Source of the DNA: an uncultured Rhizobium sp.
Lineage (GTDB): Bacteria; Pseudomonadota; Alphaproteobacteria; Rickettsiales; UBA1997
Direction: 5' to 3'
Length of the DNA: 64,000 nucleotides
Assembly: GCA_964444545.1 (NCBI GenBank)
Contig: CAYUHG010000001.1
Location: 6,033-70,032, forward strand
Shown: piece by piece, positions 37,847 through 46,977 of the stretch
Layout: every line of letters starts with the position of its first letter
How positions within the stretch are numbered: the first letter of the stretch is position 1
The notes under the pieces: generated by a model
Databases searched by the model: none
Told to the model about the DNA's origin: nothing
What the model saw: only the letters and a program-made list of their open reading frames with translations
Translations under genes and position numbers: made by a program

Positions 37847-38800
37847 CTAATGTGCTAAGAACTTTTCAATTTCGAGAGCTGCCATACAACCAGTTCCCGC
37901 AGCAGTTATAGCTTGGCGATAAATTTTATCTTGAATATCTCCAGCCGCGTAAACACCAGCAACGCTAGTCGCTGTAGAGTTAGCTTTAGTAACTATGTAA
38001 CCTTCAGAATCGATTTCAATACCAGTATCTTTGAATAAATCTGAATTTGGTTTGTGACCAATAGCCACGAAAATGCCATCAATTGCCATTTCACGAATTT
38101 CGCCAGTTTGAGTATTTTTCAAACGAGCTCCGGTAACAGTTTTAGGATTTTCACTACCCAAAACTTCATCCAAAGCATGATTCCAAATCACTTCAATTTT
38201 TGGATTTTTAAACAAGCGATCTTGCAGAATTTTTTCTGATTTAAATTTGTCGCGACGATGAACCACGTAAACTTTTTTAGCGTGATTAGTCAGATAAAGT
38301 GCTTCTTCAACCGCACTATTTCCGCCGCCAATCACAATTACTTCTCGGTTTTTAAAGAAAAATCCGTCGCAAGTTGCACATCCAGAAACACCAAATCCTT
38401 GGAATTTTTTTTCTGATTCTAAACCAAGCCATTTCGCTTGCGCGCCAGTTGCAATTACAACCGCGTCAGCTTCATAAACATCGCCAGATTCACCATTTAA
38501 AACAAATTTTTTATTTGGGGGACGTTTAGAAAAATCAACTTTAACAATGTGATCGTGGAAAATTTTTGTACCTACATGAACTGCTTGTTTTTCCATTTGT
38601 TCAACTAACCAAGGGCCTTGAATGGCTTCGGCGAATCCTGGATAATTTTCAACTTCAGTTGTGATTGTTAATTGTCCGCCAGGAGTGTTTCCGTTGATTA
38701 TAATCGGCTCAAGATTCGCACGCGCGGCGTAAATTGCGGCTGTATAACCTGCTGGGCCCGATCCGATAATTGCGACTTTTGTTTTGTGAGTTGTAGACAT
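37847..38800 (-). CDS. trxB: Thioredoxin reductase
   Basis: 317 aa. GSGPAGYTAAIYAAR, redox-active CATCDG, GGGNSAVEEA, AAGD. Confidence 0.9.
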   Translation of the reverse strand: MSTTHKTKVAIIGSGPAGYTAAIYAARANLEPIIINGNTPGGQLTITTEVENYPGFAEAIQGPWLVEQMEKQAVHVGTKIFHDHIVKVDFSKRPPNKKFVLNGESGDVYEADAVVIATGAQAKWLGLESEKKFQGFGVSGCATCDGFFFKNREVIVIGGGNSAVEEALYLTNHAKKVYVVHRRDKFKSEKILQDRLFKNPKIEVIWNHALDEVLGSENPKTVTGARLKNTQTGEIREMAIDGIFVAIGHKPNSDLFKDTGIEIDSEGYIVTKANSTATSVAGVYAAGDIQDKIYRQAITAAGTGCMAALEIEKFLAH

Positions 38801-38892
38801 TTAAAAAAAATAAAAAATTGTTACGAATGCACGGGCTTTGCCCGTGCGTAGTAACGCAAATTAACCTAAAATTTTTCGTCAGAAAAATTTTA

Positions 38893-39633
38893 CTAGTTCA
38901 TGAACATTCCACCGTTGATATGAAGCGTGTGACCAGTGATGTAAGAAGCATCTTCACTAGCAAGGAATGCAACACCTTTAGCAATATCAGAAGCATCTCC
39001 CATTTTTCCCGCAGGAATTTTGGCTAAAATTGCCTCTCTTTGCTGATCGTTCAAAGCATCAGTCATAGGACTTGAAATAAAGCCTGGAGCGACGCAGTTC
39101 AAAGTAATTCCACGAGTTGCGACTTCTTGTGCTAGAGATTTAGTCATGCCAATCATACCAGCTTTTGAAGCAACGTAATTACATTGTCCTGGGTTTCCGG
39201 TAACACCTACAACAGAAGCGATATTGATGATTCGACCATATTTACGGCGCATCATTTTTTTGATGGCATTACGATTCAAAACGAAAGTTGATTTCAAATT
39301 TATGTCCAAAACTTGGCTAAAATCTTCGTCTTTCATACGCAAAATCAAACCGTCTTTAGTGATTCCGGCGTTACAAACTAAAATGTCGATTTGACCACCA
39401 GCAAGCTCTTCAGCTTTATCGAACAAAGCATCAACTTCTTCAATGTTTGAAAGATTGCAGGTCAAATATTTGATATCACCACCAATTTCAGCAGCTAATT
39501 CTTTAAGTTTTTCTTCTTTAGTTGAAGACAAAACCAATTTTGCGCCTTGTTGTGCTAAAGATTTAGCGATAGCAGCTCCAATACCACCAGTTGCGCCGGT
39601 TACTAATGCAGTTTTTCCTGTAAGTCTGAACAT
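38893..39633 (-). CDS. fabG: 3-oxoacyl-ACP reductase
   Basis: 246 aa SDR. TGATGGIG, NAG, YVASKAG. Confidence 0.85.
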   Translation of the reverse strand: MFRLTGKTALVTGATGGIGAAIAKSLAQQGAKLVLSSTKEEKLKELAAEIGGDIKYLTCNLSNIEEVDALFDKAEELAGGQIDILVCNAGITKDGLILRMKDEDFSQVLDINLKSTFVLNRNAIKKMMRRKYGRIINIASVVGVTGNPGQCNYVASKAGMIGMTKSLAQEVATRGITLNCVAPGFISSPMTDALNDQQREAILAKIPAGKMGDASDIAKGVAFLASEDASYITGHTLHINGGMFMN

Positions 39634-39645
39634 AATTTTAGAAAG

Positions 39646-40419
39646 TTAGTTTTTAGTTTTTTCGATAACATCGATGAGACGACCCAGCTTGTCGATATTT
39701 TTCTTATCATAACCGGTCTCTTTTTCGATTTTTTTTACAGCACCTTCAACATAATCAGAATCTGCATCTGGAAGAGCTTGCAAATCAAGCTCATGATTTT
39801 TTACTGCCTCTTTACTGTTATTTTCTTCCAGCGTTTCCTCAATCTTATCATCAAGAGTTTTTGGTAACATTCCCGGTTTTTCAAAGTTTTTAATAATCGC
39901 GCCGATAAAGGCTTCAACTGCTGGATCAATAGTTTCGCCAGTTATTCTTAAAATGTTGCCGCATCTCGCGTCAGTAAGCCAACTTGGAACTTTTTTGCCA
40001 TCAGGATCTTGTTTTTTGCCAAGCAAAAATCCGTAAAGATTTGCAATAACCGCATAAAAAACACCGAAGATTAAAAGAGTTTTCACCACACCATACAACA
40101 CACCCAGAGAACGATCCAAAATCGGCGGCATTTTTTCTTTAATATCGTTAACCAAACCAGAAGTTGAAAGTAGCAAAATAAAGAAAGAAACGATGAACAA
40201 CATGGTGCGAGAAACCACGTCTAGCACCATTTTGCTACCAGAATAAGAAGTCAGCAACTTAGCAAGTAGTGGTGCTCCGAAATAAGAAATTGCCAGCGCA
40301 ATAATCCAAATAAAAAGCGAAAAAATTTCTTTCACAAAACCACGAAAGAAGGCCACGACAATAAAAATAAAAGAACAAGCAAAGAAGATTAGATCGAACG
40401 TATTAAAGGTCGCAGACAT
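39646..40419 (-). CDS. cvpA: CvpA-family membrane protein with a long charged C-terminal tail
   Basis: 257 aa. N-terminal FDLIFF...FFRGFVKEIFSLFIWIIAL pattern and 4 TM segments. Confidence 0.65.
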   Translation of the reverse strand: MSATFNTFDLIFFACSFIFIVVAFFRGFVKEIFSLFIWIIALAISYFGAPLLAKLLTSYSGSKMVLDVVSRTMLFIVSFFILLLSTSGLVNDIKEKMPPILDRSLGVLYGVVKTLLIFGVFYAVIANLYGFLLGKKQDPDGKKVPSWLTDARCGNILRITGETIDPAVEAFIGAIIKNFEKPGMLPKTLDDKIEETLEENNSKEAVKNHELDLQALPDADSDYVEGAVKKIEKETGYDKKNIDKLGRLIDVIEKTKN

Positions 40420-40425
40420 GATTCT

Positions 40426-41139
40426 TTAAGATTTTATTAAGCGAAAAAATGGTAAATTTTTAATGATTTCTTTGGGAGTTTTTAGAACACCTTCTTCATT
40501 CAAAAAAGCGGCACTGACAATTTTTTTCGCCTGCATTTTATACTTCTCAAATTTCATCACTTTTGCGATTTGAGAATCAATAAAGTTTTTAGTTTTTATG
40601 AAATTTTCTGAATCGTCTTTTACGAAAACTAATAAAGTACGCAAAATAATTTTCGCTAAAGTTAATCTTTTAGTGTAGAAGTTAAAATCAGTTGATTGGT
40701 CGTTAAGCTCTTTCCAAATAAAATCAGATACTTTGAAACAAGCCTTCATACCTTGCATCATTGGCTTCACGCCAACTTCAAACGAAGTAAAATTTTTAAA
40801 ATCCAAATAGAAATTAATTAGTCTTTGCAAGGCAATTTGGTTATCTTTTTCCAACTCAATCCTGGCATAGAGCGCTAAACGAATTTTATCGCGAATTTTT
40901 TGAGAGTGAAAATTTTCAATCTCGCGAATTTTTCTCGACAACTTTTTGTTTTGGGATTCGACATAAAATTCAGCAATTTCCAGAACGCCATTTTCGAAAA
41001 TTAAATCGCTAAATTTATCCGAAATTCCGGCGTTGGTAACCGCCTGAGAAATAGCGGAATGACTCCATCCTTCAAGGGCGCAAATTTTCAAAAATTCTGC
41101 CAGGATTTTTTCTTTGGTTTCGATTGAATCAAGAAGCAC
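40426..41139 (-). CDS. COQ9-like / rpsU-divergently-transcribed family protein
   Basis: 237 aa with a GTG start. All-helical with a TetR-like N-terminus (KEKILAEFLKICALEGWSHSAISQA). Family call is by overall resemblance only. Confidence 0.45.
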   Translation of the reverse strand: MLLDSIETKEKILAEFLKICALEGWSHSAISQAVTNAGISDKFSDLIFENGVLEIAEFYVESQNKKLSRKIREIENFHSQKIRDKIRLALYARIELEKDNQIALQRLINFYLDFKNFTSFEVGVKPMMQGMKACFKVSDFIWKELNDQSTDFNFYTKRLTLAKIILRTLLVFVKDDSENFIKTKNFIDSQIAKVMKFEKYKMQAKKIVSAAFLNEEGVLKTPKEIIKNLPFFRLIKS

Positions 41140-41197
41140 AAAAAATAATTTTAGATTTAATATTTAAGTTTTAATTAGGCGCGCAAATCTAAAACTC

Positions 41198-41218
41198 AAA
41201 ATCTTAAATCTTAAATCA
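41198..41218 (+). promoter_or_regulatory. Recurrent upstream motif, tandem AAAATCTTAAATCTTAAATCA
   Basis: Ends 7 nt before the argD ATG. About 25 nt of near-identity with the asd upstream region (AATCTAAAA..TCAAAATCTTAAATC). Confidence 0.35.
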
Positions 41219-41225
41219 ATTAATA

Positions 41226-42404
41226 ATGACCACCTCTACAAAACTTCTTCCTGTTCACAAAAGATTCGATGTAACATTTTCTCACGGTGAAGGAGTTTAT
41301 TTATTTGATGAATCGGGGAAAAAATATCTCGATTTCGGCTCAGGAATTGCCGTTAATGCACTCGGTCATTGCCATCCAAAGATGGTCGCAGCGATTACTA
41401 ATCAAGCCAAAAAATTGTGGCATGTATCCAATATTTACAATGTTTCTGAACTAAATCGTTACGCAGAAAAACTGGTTAACGCCACTTTCGCCGACTACGT
41501 TTTCTTCTGCAACTCAGGTGCAGAAAGCTTGGAATGCGTAATTAAAATGATTCGTCGTCATTTTTACGTACAAAATCAACCACAGAAGCATCGTATTATA
41601 ACTTTCACTGGTGCTTTTCACGGACGCACCATCGCCACAATTTCCGCTGCCGCAAAAAAGAAATATATCGAAGGTTTTGAACCTGCTCTTCAAGGATTTG
41701 ACAACGTTGAATTTGGCAATATCGAAGCAGTAAAAAATGCCATCACCGAAAATACTGCCGGCATTTTAATTGAGCCAATTCAAGGCGAAGAAGGTATTCG
41801 AGTTTCTGATAAAAATTTCATTTTAGAATTAAGAAAACTCGCAACTGAAAAAGGGTTATTACTCGCTTTTGACGAAGTTCAATGCGGAATGGGAAGATTG
41901 GGACATCTTTTTGCTTATGATTATTACGGCGTAAAACCAGATCTTATTGCAACTGCTAAAGCCATCGCTGGTGGATTTCCTCTTGGCGCTTGCTTAGCTA
42001 CTAAAGATGCTGCAAGCGGTATGACACTTGGTGTTCATGGTACAACTTATGGTGGAAATCCTATGGCAATGGCTGTAGCCGAGTCAGTTTTAGATGTAAT
42101 GCTTGCTGATGGTTTCTTAGATAATGCTAAGAATGTTGGCGCCGAATTAAAACGTGAGCTACAAAATCTGATGCAAAAATTCCCACAAGTAATTCAAGAA
42201 ATTCGCGGCGTTGGTTTGATGCTTGGTGTTAAAATTAACGACAAAATCGAAAATACCGAAGTAGTAAAAAAACTAATCGAAGAAGGATTGTTGGTAATTC
42301 CAGCTGGTGAAAATGTAATAAGAATTATGCCACCTTTGTTGATTACGTCACAACATGTGAAAGAAGCGGTGAAAAAAATCGAGGCGGTGGTGGCTAAGTT
42401 GTAA
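41226..42404 (+). CDS. argD: Class-III aminotransferase (acetylornithine/succinyl-diaminopimelate aminotransferase-like)
   Basis: 392 aa. GSGIAVNALGHCHP, FCNSGAES, DEVQCGMGR.G, and the PLP lysine context ATAKAIAGG. Confidence 0.8.
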   Translation: MTTSTKLLPVHKRFDVTFSHGEGVYLFDESGKKYLDFGSGIAVNALGHCHPKMVAAITNQAKKLWHVSNIYNVSELNRYAEKLVNATFADYVFFCNSGAESLECVIKMIRRHFYVQNQPQKHRIITFTGAFHGRTIATISAAAKKKYIEGFEPALQGFDNVEFGNIEAVKNAITENTAGILIEPIQGEEGIRVSDKNFILELRKLATEKGLLLAFDEVQCGMGRLGHLFAYDYYGVKPDLIATAKAIAGGFPLGACLATKDAASGMTLGVHGTTYGGNPMAMAVAESVLDVMLADGFLDNAKNVGAELKRELQNLMQKFPQVIQEIRGVGLMLGVKINDKIENTEVVKKLIEEGLLVIPAGENVIRIMPPLLITSQHVKEAVKKIEAVVAKL

Positions 42405-42423
42405 TAATAGGTTCGGCGAGAAG

Positions 42424-42527
42424 AACCCCCCGACCCCTACGGGGCCACCCCCCTTGACAGGGGGGCGATGGTCCGAGTCCCGCCCCCCTGTCAAGGGTGG
42501 GGGTGGCCCCGTAGGGGTCGGGGGGTT
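42424..42527. repeat. GC-rich nested palindromic repeat, family 2, copy 1
   Basis: AACCCCCCGACCCCTACGGGGCCACCCCCCTTGACAGGGGGG - 17 nt - CCCCCCTGTCAAGGGTGGGGGTGGCCCCGTAGGGGTCGGGGGGTT, between convergent argD and dedA. Confidence 0.9.
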
Positions 42528-42530
42528 TAC

Positions 42531-43145
42531 TTAACCCCTCTTACGAGAACTAGTATAAATATAATAACCACTCACCAAAACCGCACAAACCGCAACACAG
42601 CCCAAAATAATTAAGTGAACATATTCCTTAATCAGCTCTTTATTCTCACCAATTTCATAACCCAACACCGCCAGAACAGTAGTCCAAATCAACGAACCAA
42701 CAGTAGTATAAAAACAAAACAGCTTCATATCCATTTTAGCAATCCCAGCTGGCATAGAAATAAAGTGACGAAAACCAGGTAAAAGCCTTCCAATAAAGAC
42801 TGAGATAGATCCGTGTTTTTTAAAATATTCTTCAACTTTTATGATCGTTTCTGGCTTTACGAACATATATTTTCCGATTCTAAACAAAATCGTTCTGCCA
42901 GCAAACTCGGCTAAATAATAACTAAAAATTGCACCGGCAACATTTCCTAAAGTGCCGACAAAAATAATCATAACCAAGCTCATCTGACCTTGGGAAGCGG
43001 CAATTCCGGCGGGAATTACAATCAATTCGCTTGGCAATGGAAAGGCCGTACTTTCCAAAAACATTCCAATAAAAATACCGAAGTAACCAACTTGGCTTAT
43101 GAAACTAACTAAAAAATTTATGATTGGATCAATTAATGCGTGCAT
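42531..43145 (-). CDS. DedA-family membrane protein
   Basis: 204 aa. GYFGIFIGMFLEST.FPLPSE, RLLPGFRHFISMPAGI. Confidence 0.75.
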   Translation of the reverse strand: MHALIDPIINFLVSFISQVGYFGIFIGMFLESTAFPLPSELIVIPAGIAASQGQMSLVMIIFVGTLGNVAGAIFSYYLAEFAGRTILFRIGKYMFVKPETIIKVEEYFKKHGSISVFIGRLLPGFRHFISMPAGIAKMDMKLFCFYTTVGSLIWTTVLAVLGYEIGENKELIKEYVHLIILGCVAVCAVLVSGYYIYTSSRKRG

Positions 43146-43150
43146 GGGAA

Positions 43151-43777
43151 TTAGGACAGGTTTTGTAAAACAAATTTCTGCAAATCAGATTTCGAGATTC
43201 TACTGCTACGTTTACTTTCAATGATCGAACGCACTTTATTGTAAGTCGCGTTAAGATCGTCATTAACCAAAACAAAATCATATTCGCCGAAGTGGCTGAT
43301 TTCATCTTTAGCTTTTTTCATTCGATTTTGCACCACATCTTCCGGATCTTGAGCACGACCACGCAATCTTCTTTCCAGCTCTTGCATTGAAGGCGGCAGA
43401 ATAAAAATCGAGACTACCGAATCATGATCGAATTTTTCTTTAATTTGGCGCGCACCCTGCCAATCAATGTCGAACAACACGCATTTGCCGTTTTTTAATT
43501 CGTCATCCACCAATTTTTTTGGTGTACCGTAATTATTCCCAAAGACATCAGCTTGTTCCAAAAGTTCATTTCTCTCCGACATTTGCGCAAATTCATTTTT
43601 GCTGACGAAATAATAATGCTGACCGTGAACTTCCTGCGGTCTTTGCGCACGAGTTGTAACTGAAACAGAGATTTTGATTAAAGGATCATTTTGCACCACC
43701 ATGCGGCAAATCGTTGATTTACCAGCACCCGAAGGTGAAGAAATAATTACAAGAAAAGGATCGTGATTGATGAACAT
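43151..43777 (-). CDS. gmk: Guanylate kinase
   Basis: 208 aa. P-loop SSPSGAGKST, TTR..R..E..G..Y.F. Confidence 0.9.
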   Translation of the reverse strand: MFINHDPFLVIISSPSGAGKSTICRMVVQNDPLIKISVSVTTRAQRPQEVHGQHYYFVSKNEFAQMSERNELLEQADVFGNNYGTPKKLVDDELKNGKCVLFDIDWQGARQIKEKFDHDSVVSIFILPPSMQELERRLRGRAQDPEDVVQNRMKKAKDEISHFGEYDFVLVNDDLNATYNKVRSIIESKRSSRISKSDLQKFVLQNLS

Positions 43778-43788
43778 AAATTTAAGCC

Positions 43789-43819
43789 AAAAAAAACCGC
43801 CGGTTTTTACGCCGGCGGC
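43789..43819 (-). terminator. Rho-independent terminator downstream of fabI
   Basis: Minus strand reads GCCGCCGG-CGTAAAAA-CCGGCGG followed by TTTTTTTT. Confidence 0.6.
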
Positions 43820-43828
43820 TTTAAAATT

Positions 43829-44647
43829 TTATTCGCCGTCTTTGACAATTGAAATATCTGGAGCATCAGGAGCTTTCATACCAACAACGTGATAACCAGC
43901 GTCAACATGAAGAACTTCACCAGTCACGCCAGATCCAAGTTCACTCAACAAGAACACACCAGCACCGCCAACGTCTTTTAAGTCGATGTTACGACGAAGT
44001 GGCGAGTTGTATTCGTTCCATTTGAAGATCAATCTGAAATCACCGATTCCACTTGCTGCCAAAGTTTTAACTGGACCAGCAGAGATCGCGTTAACACGGA
44101 TATTATCTTTACCCATATCCATTGCCAAATAACGAACTGAAGCTTCCAAAGCAGCTTTAGCAACACCCATTACGTTATAATGTGGCATAACTTTTTCAGC
44201 ACCGTAGTAGCTCAAAGTGATCACACTTCCACCACCAGCTTTTTTCATCAAAGGTTCAGCTTCTTTAGAAACAGCTACTAAAGAGAAAGCTGAAATATTC
44301 ATAGTATTCACGAAATTATTCGGGCTAGTGTCCAAATATTTACCACGCAATTCTTCTTTATCAGAGTAAGCGATCGCATGAACTAAAAAGTCCAATTTAC
44401 CCCATTTTTGTTCAAGAACTCTGAAAACTTCTTTTACAGATTCAGGATCGTTAACGTCACAAGGGAGAACGATATCAGATCCAACTGATGCAGCCAAAGG
44501 TTCAACGCGCTTTTGCAAAGCTTCGCCTTGGTATGTAAATGCTAAATCAGCGCCATATTTTTTTGCTTCTTCGGCGATACCCCAAGCAATTGAGCGATTG
44601 TTGGCAACGCCCATAATTAAACCTTTTTTTCCTGCTAGAATTGTCAT
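43829..44647 (-). CDS. fabI: Enoyl-ACP reductase (NADH)
   Basis: LAGKKGLIMGVANNRSIAWG, with the Y...K catalytic region and AISAGP. Start set at the internal ATG (MTILAGKK). Confidence 0.9.
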   Translation of the reverse strand: MTILAGKKGLIMGVANNRSIAWGIAEEAKKYGADLAFTYQGEALQKRVEPLAASVGSDIVLPCDVNDPESVKEVFRVLEQKWGKLDFLVHAIAYSDKEELRGKYLDTSPNNFVNTMNISAFSLVAVSKEAEPLMKKAGGGSVITLSYYGAEKVMPHYNVMGVAKAALEASVRYLAMDMGKDNIRVNAISAGPVKTLAASGIGDFRLIFKWNEYNSPLRRNIDLKDVGGAGVFLLSELGSGVTGEVLHVDAGYHVVGMKAPDAPDISIVKDGE

Positions 44648-44740
44648 GTTTAAAAAAAAATTTGTTAAAAAATTTAGGAACAAGGAACAAAAAACAAAGA
44701 AAAGCAATTTATACTGATCCTTATTTTTTACTGCTCATCT

Positions 44741-45346
44741 CTAACTATAAAGCCACGGAGTCAGCTCTTTATTTCTGACTTCGAACTGTGAAATTTCGTT
44801 AGATTTCTTTAGTGTTAAACCAATATCATCAAGCCCTTCAAGCAAGCAATATTTTTTAAAGCTATCCACTTCAAATTTATAGATTTTGTTTCCTGCGCGA
44901 ACTTCTTGTTTTGGTAAGTCAATCGTCACGCTGTTGCTTTCATCATTTGCGAAAGCCAGTAATTCATCAACTTCTTCTGATTTCAAAATCAACGGCAGAA
45001 TGCCGTTTTTAAAACAGTTATTATGAAAAATATCAGCAAAAGATGGTGCGATTACACAATTAATTCCGAAGTCGACCAACGCCCAAGGAGCATGTTCGCG
45101 ACTTGAACCGCAACCAAAATTATCTTTAGCAACCAAAATTTTAGAATTTCTGTAAGCTGGTTTGTTTAGAACAAAATCAGCAATTTCTTTTTCGTTTAAA
45201 TCGAAACGCATTTCGAAAAAAAGATTTTTCCCAAGCCCAGTTCTTTCAATGGTTTTCAGAAATTGCTTAGGAATGATCATATCAGTATCAATATTGATCA
45301 AAGGCAATGGCGCAGCAGTAGAAGTGACCGTGTTAAACTTGTCCAT
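44741..45346 (-). CDS. leuD: 3-isopropylmalate dehydratase small subunit-like protein (aconitase swivel domain), no large subunit adjacent
   Basis: [46 protein letters not shown]. Start set at MDKFNTV. Confidence 0.75.
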   Translation of the reverse strand: MDKFNTVTSTAAPLPLINIDTDMIIPKQFLKTIERTGLGKNLFFEMRFDLNEKEIADFVLNKPAYRNSKILVAKDNFGCGSSREHAPWALVDFGINCVIAPSFADIFHNNCFKNGILPLILKSEEVDELLAFANDESNSVTIDLPKQEVRAGNKIYKFEVDSFKKYCLLEGLDDIGLTLKKSNEISQFEVRNKELTPWLYS

Positions 45347-45536
45347 TTCTTGAAATTTAATTGGATTTACAAAGGAAGAGAAGTGCAAAAATTAACCAGC
45401 TGCTTGGTTAAATTACAAGCCGAATTAATTAATAAGATTAAAAAGTTATATTTAATAAATTTAAGGATTTTGCGAGTTTCTCTTCAATTAAACTCTAACA
45501 AAATCCTTCAATTCTAATAATTAGATTGAGAAAAAA

Positions 45537-46859
45537 TTACCTTTTATCGAATAATTTTTTCACCTCTTCTTGGACAATTTTTTCAACCACACCGTGTAAA
45601 TGTTCTGCAAGCCAATTATCTAATTTTGACTCTAAAAGATGCATTGCCACTTCAGAAAAATGCCGATTTTCCAACATCTCTTCTAAATCTTTATCAGGAC
45701 TGATATAAGTTTTTTCAACAGATGACAAATCAAGAGGAGCAATTGGACGATGCTCTTTTTTAACTTCAGGAAGCACATCTTCTTTAACTGTTACAATTTC
45801 TTCTTTAATTCGTTGTGGTTGAGAATTTTGCACAGCAGGAGCGGCAGTTTCAGAAGTTTTGGCTGATGAATCTGCAAACATTTGCTCTTCAATATCATCC
45901 AAATCTTCAAGATCAACATCACGCGCTAATTCTTCTGAAAGCGATTTTTTATCCTCAACTTTTTTATCTACTGGCGGAGTTGGAGGAGTTACTGGAGGTG
46001 TAGCTTGAACTTGAGCTACCGGAGGAATTGGCATATTCGGAGCTTGAGTTTTAATCGGGTCGCTAGCTTCAAGCTCTTTTAAAAATGCCTCATCATCAGC
46101 ACTAATCGTTGGTTTAGGAGGAATAACAGGTGCTGTTTTTTCCTGACCTTGTTTACGCGATGCATCTTCCTCTGCCAATAGTTTGTCCAAATCAATATCA
46201 TCAATATTTTGCGACGGAGATTGTGGTGTTGGAGTGACTGGTTTTGGCGCTTCAACAACTGGAGTAACAACGGGTTCTGCAGATTTTACTGGATCTTGTG
46301 GAGTCTTTTCTTCTTCCAAATCCAAATCTAAATCAAAATTCAAATCGAATTCATCATGCTCTTCTTTTTTAACTTCAACCTTAGGTTCTTCGTGATGATC
46401 ATCTAAATTTAATTCATGCAAATCATCGTGATTGGAAACTACAGGAGCTTGTTGTGGCTCAGGAATTACTGGAGATTTGTTGACATTAGCAGGAGCAACA
46501 GGAGCGGCAACTTGCGGTTGATAGGTATCTTCCAAATCACTTAAATCATCCAAACCTAAATCATCTTCTATTCCGCCATAATTTTGCGGAGCTGGTTTTG
46601 AAGGTGTCACAGCTGCGCTCGATTCAGAACCGGTTTTAGGAGCAAACTCTTTATCAATTTCTGATGCAGCATCAGCGGCAGATTTTTGTTCAGCACTTCC
46701 TTCAATTTTAACATCAGAGCTCTTTGCTTTGCTGGAAGGAATATATTCAAACTCATCATTAATGCCCGCGACTGTTTCGATCTTCTTTGGCTCTTGATCG
46801 AACTTCTGCATTTTTTTCTTGATGTTTTCCAAAATGGAAAGAGTATTTTTTTCCGCCAT
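45537..46859 (-). CDS. Acidic Pro-rich protein with a DUF2497-type C-terminus (PopZ-like pole-organising protein candidate)
   Basis: 440 aa. N-terminal helix LSILENIKKKM. Long Asp/Glu/Pro-rich linker. C-terminus LLESKLDNWLAEHLHGVVEKIVQEEVKKL matches the PopZ pattern L..WL...LP..VE..V.EE. Confidence 0.55.
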   Translation of the reverse strand: MAEKNTLSILENIKKKMQKFDQEPKKIETVAGINDEFEYIPSSKAKSSDVKIEGSAEQKSAADAASEIDKEFAPKTGSESSAAVTPSKPAPQNYGGIEDDLGLDDLSDLEDTYQPQVAAPVAPANVNKSPVIPEPQQAPVVSNHDDLHELNLDDHHEEPKVEVKKEEHDEFDLNFDLDLDLEEEKTPQDPVKSAEPVVTPVVEAPKPVTPTPQSPSQNIDDIDLDKLLAEEDASRKQGQEKTAPVIPPKPTISADDEAFLKELEASDPIKTQAPNMPIPPVAQVQATPPVTPPTPPVDKKVEDKKSLSEELARDVDLEDLDDIEEQMFADSSAKTSETAAPAVQNSQPQRIKEEIVTVKEDVLPEVKKEHRPIAPLDLSSVEKTYISPDKDLEEMLENRHFSEVAMHLLESKLDNWLAEHLHGVVEKIVQEEVKKLFDKR

Positions 46860-46977
46860 GTAATCCGCTGTAGATGTTTGATTTTATTGCCCTTAGACGG
46901 TCTGGTTAAATCAGAGCCAAAGCATTATTTTTGATTAATTGCAGTTTTTTTGATCGTAAAAAAAAATACAACCTAAA

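Noticed and set aside
42404-42423. Target-site duplication around GC-rich repeat copy 1
   Set aside because: The flanks (GAAG / TTAC) do not match each other. Only copy 2 shows a possible GATT duplication, so the TSD idea rests on a single case and is flagged as uncertain.
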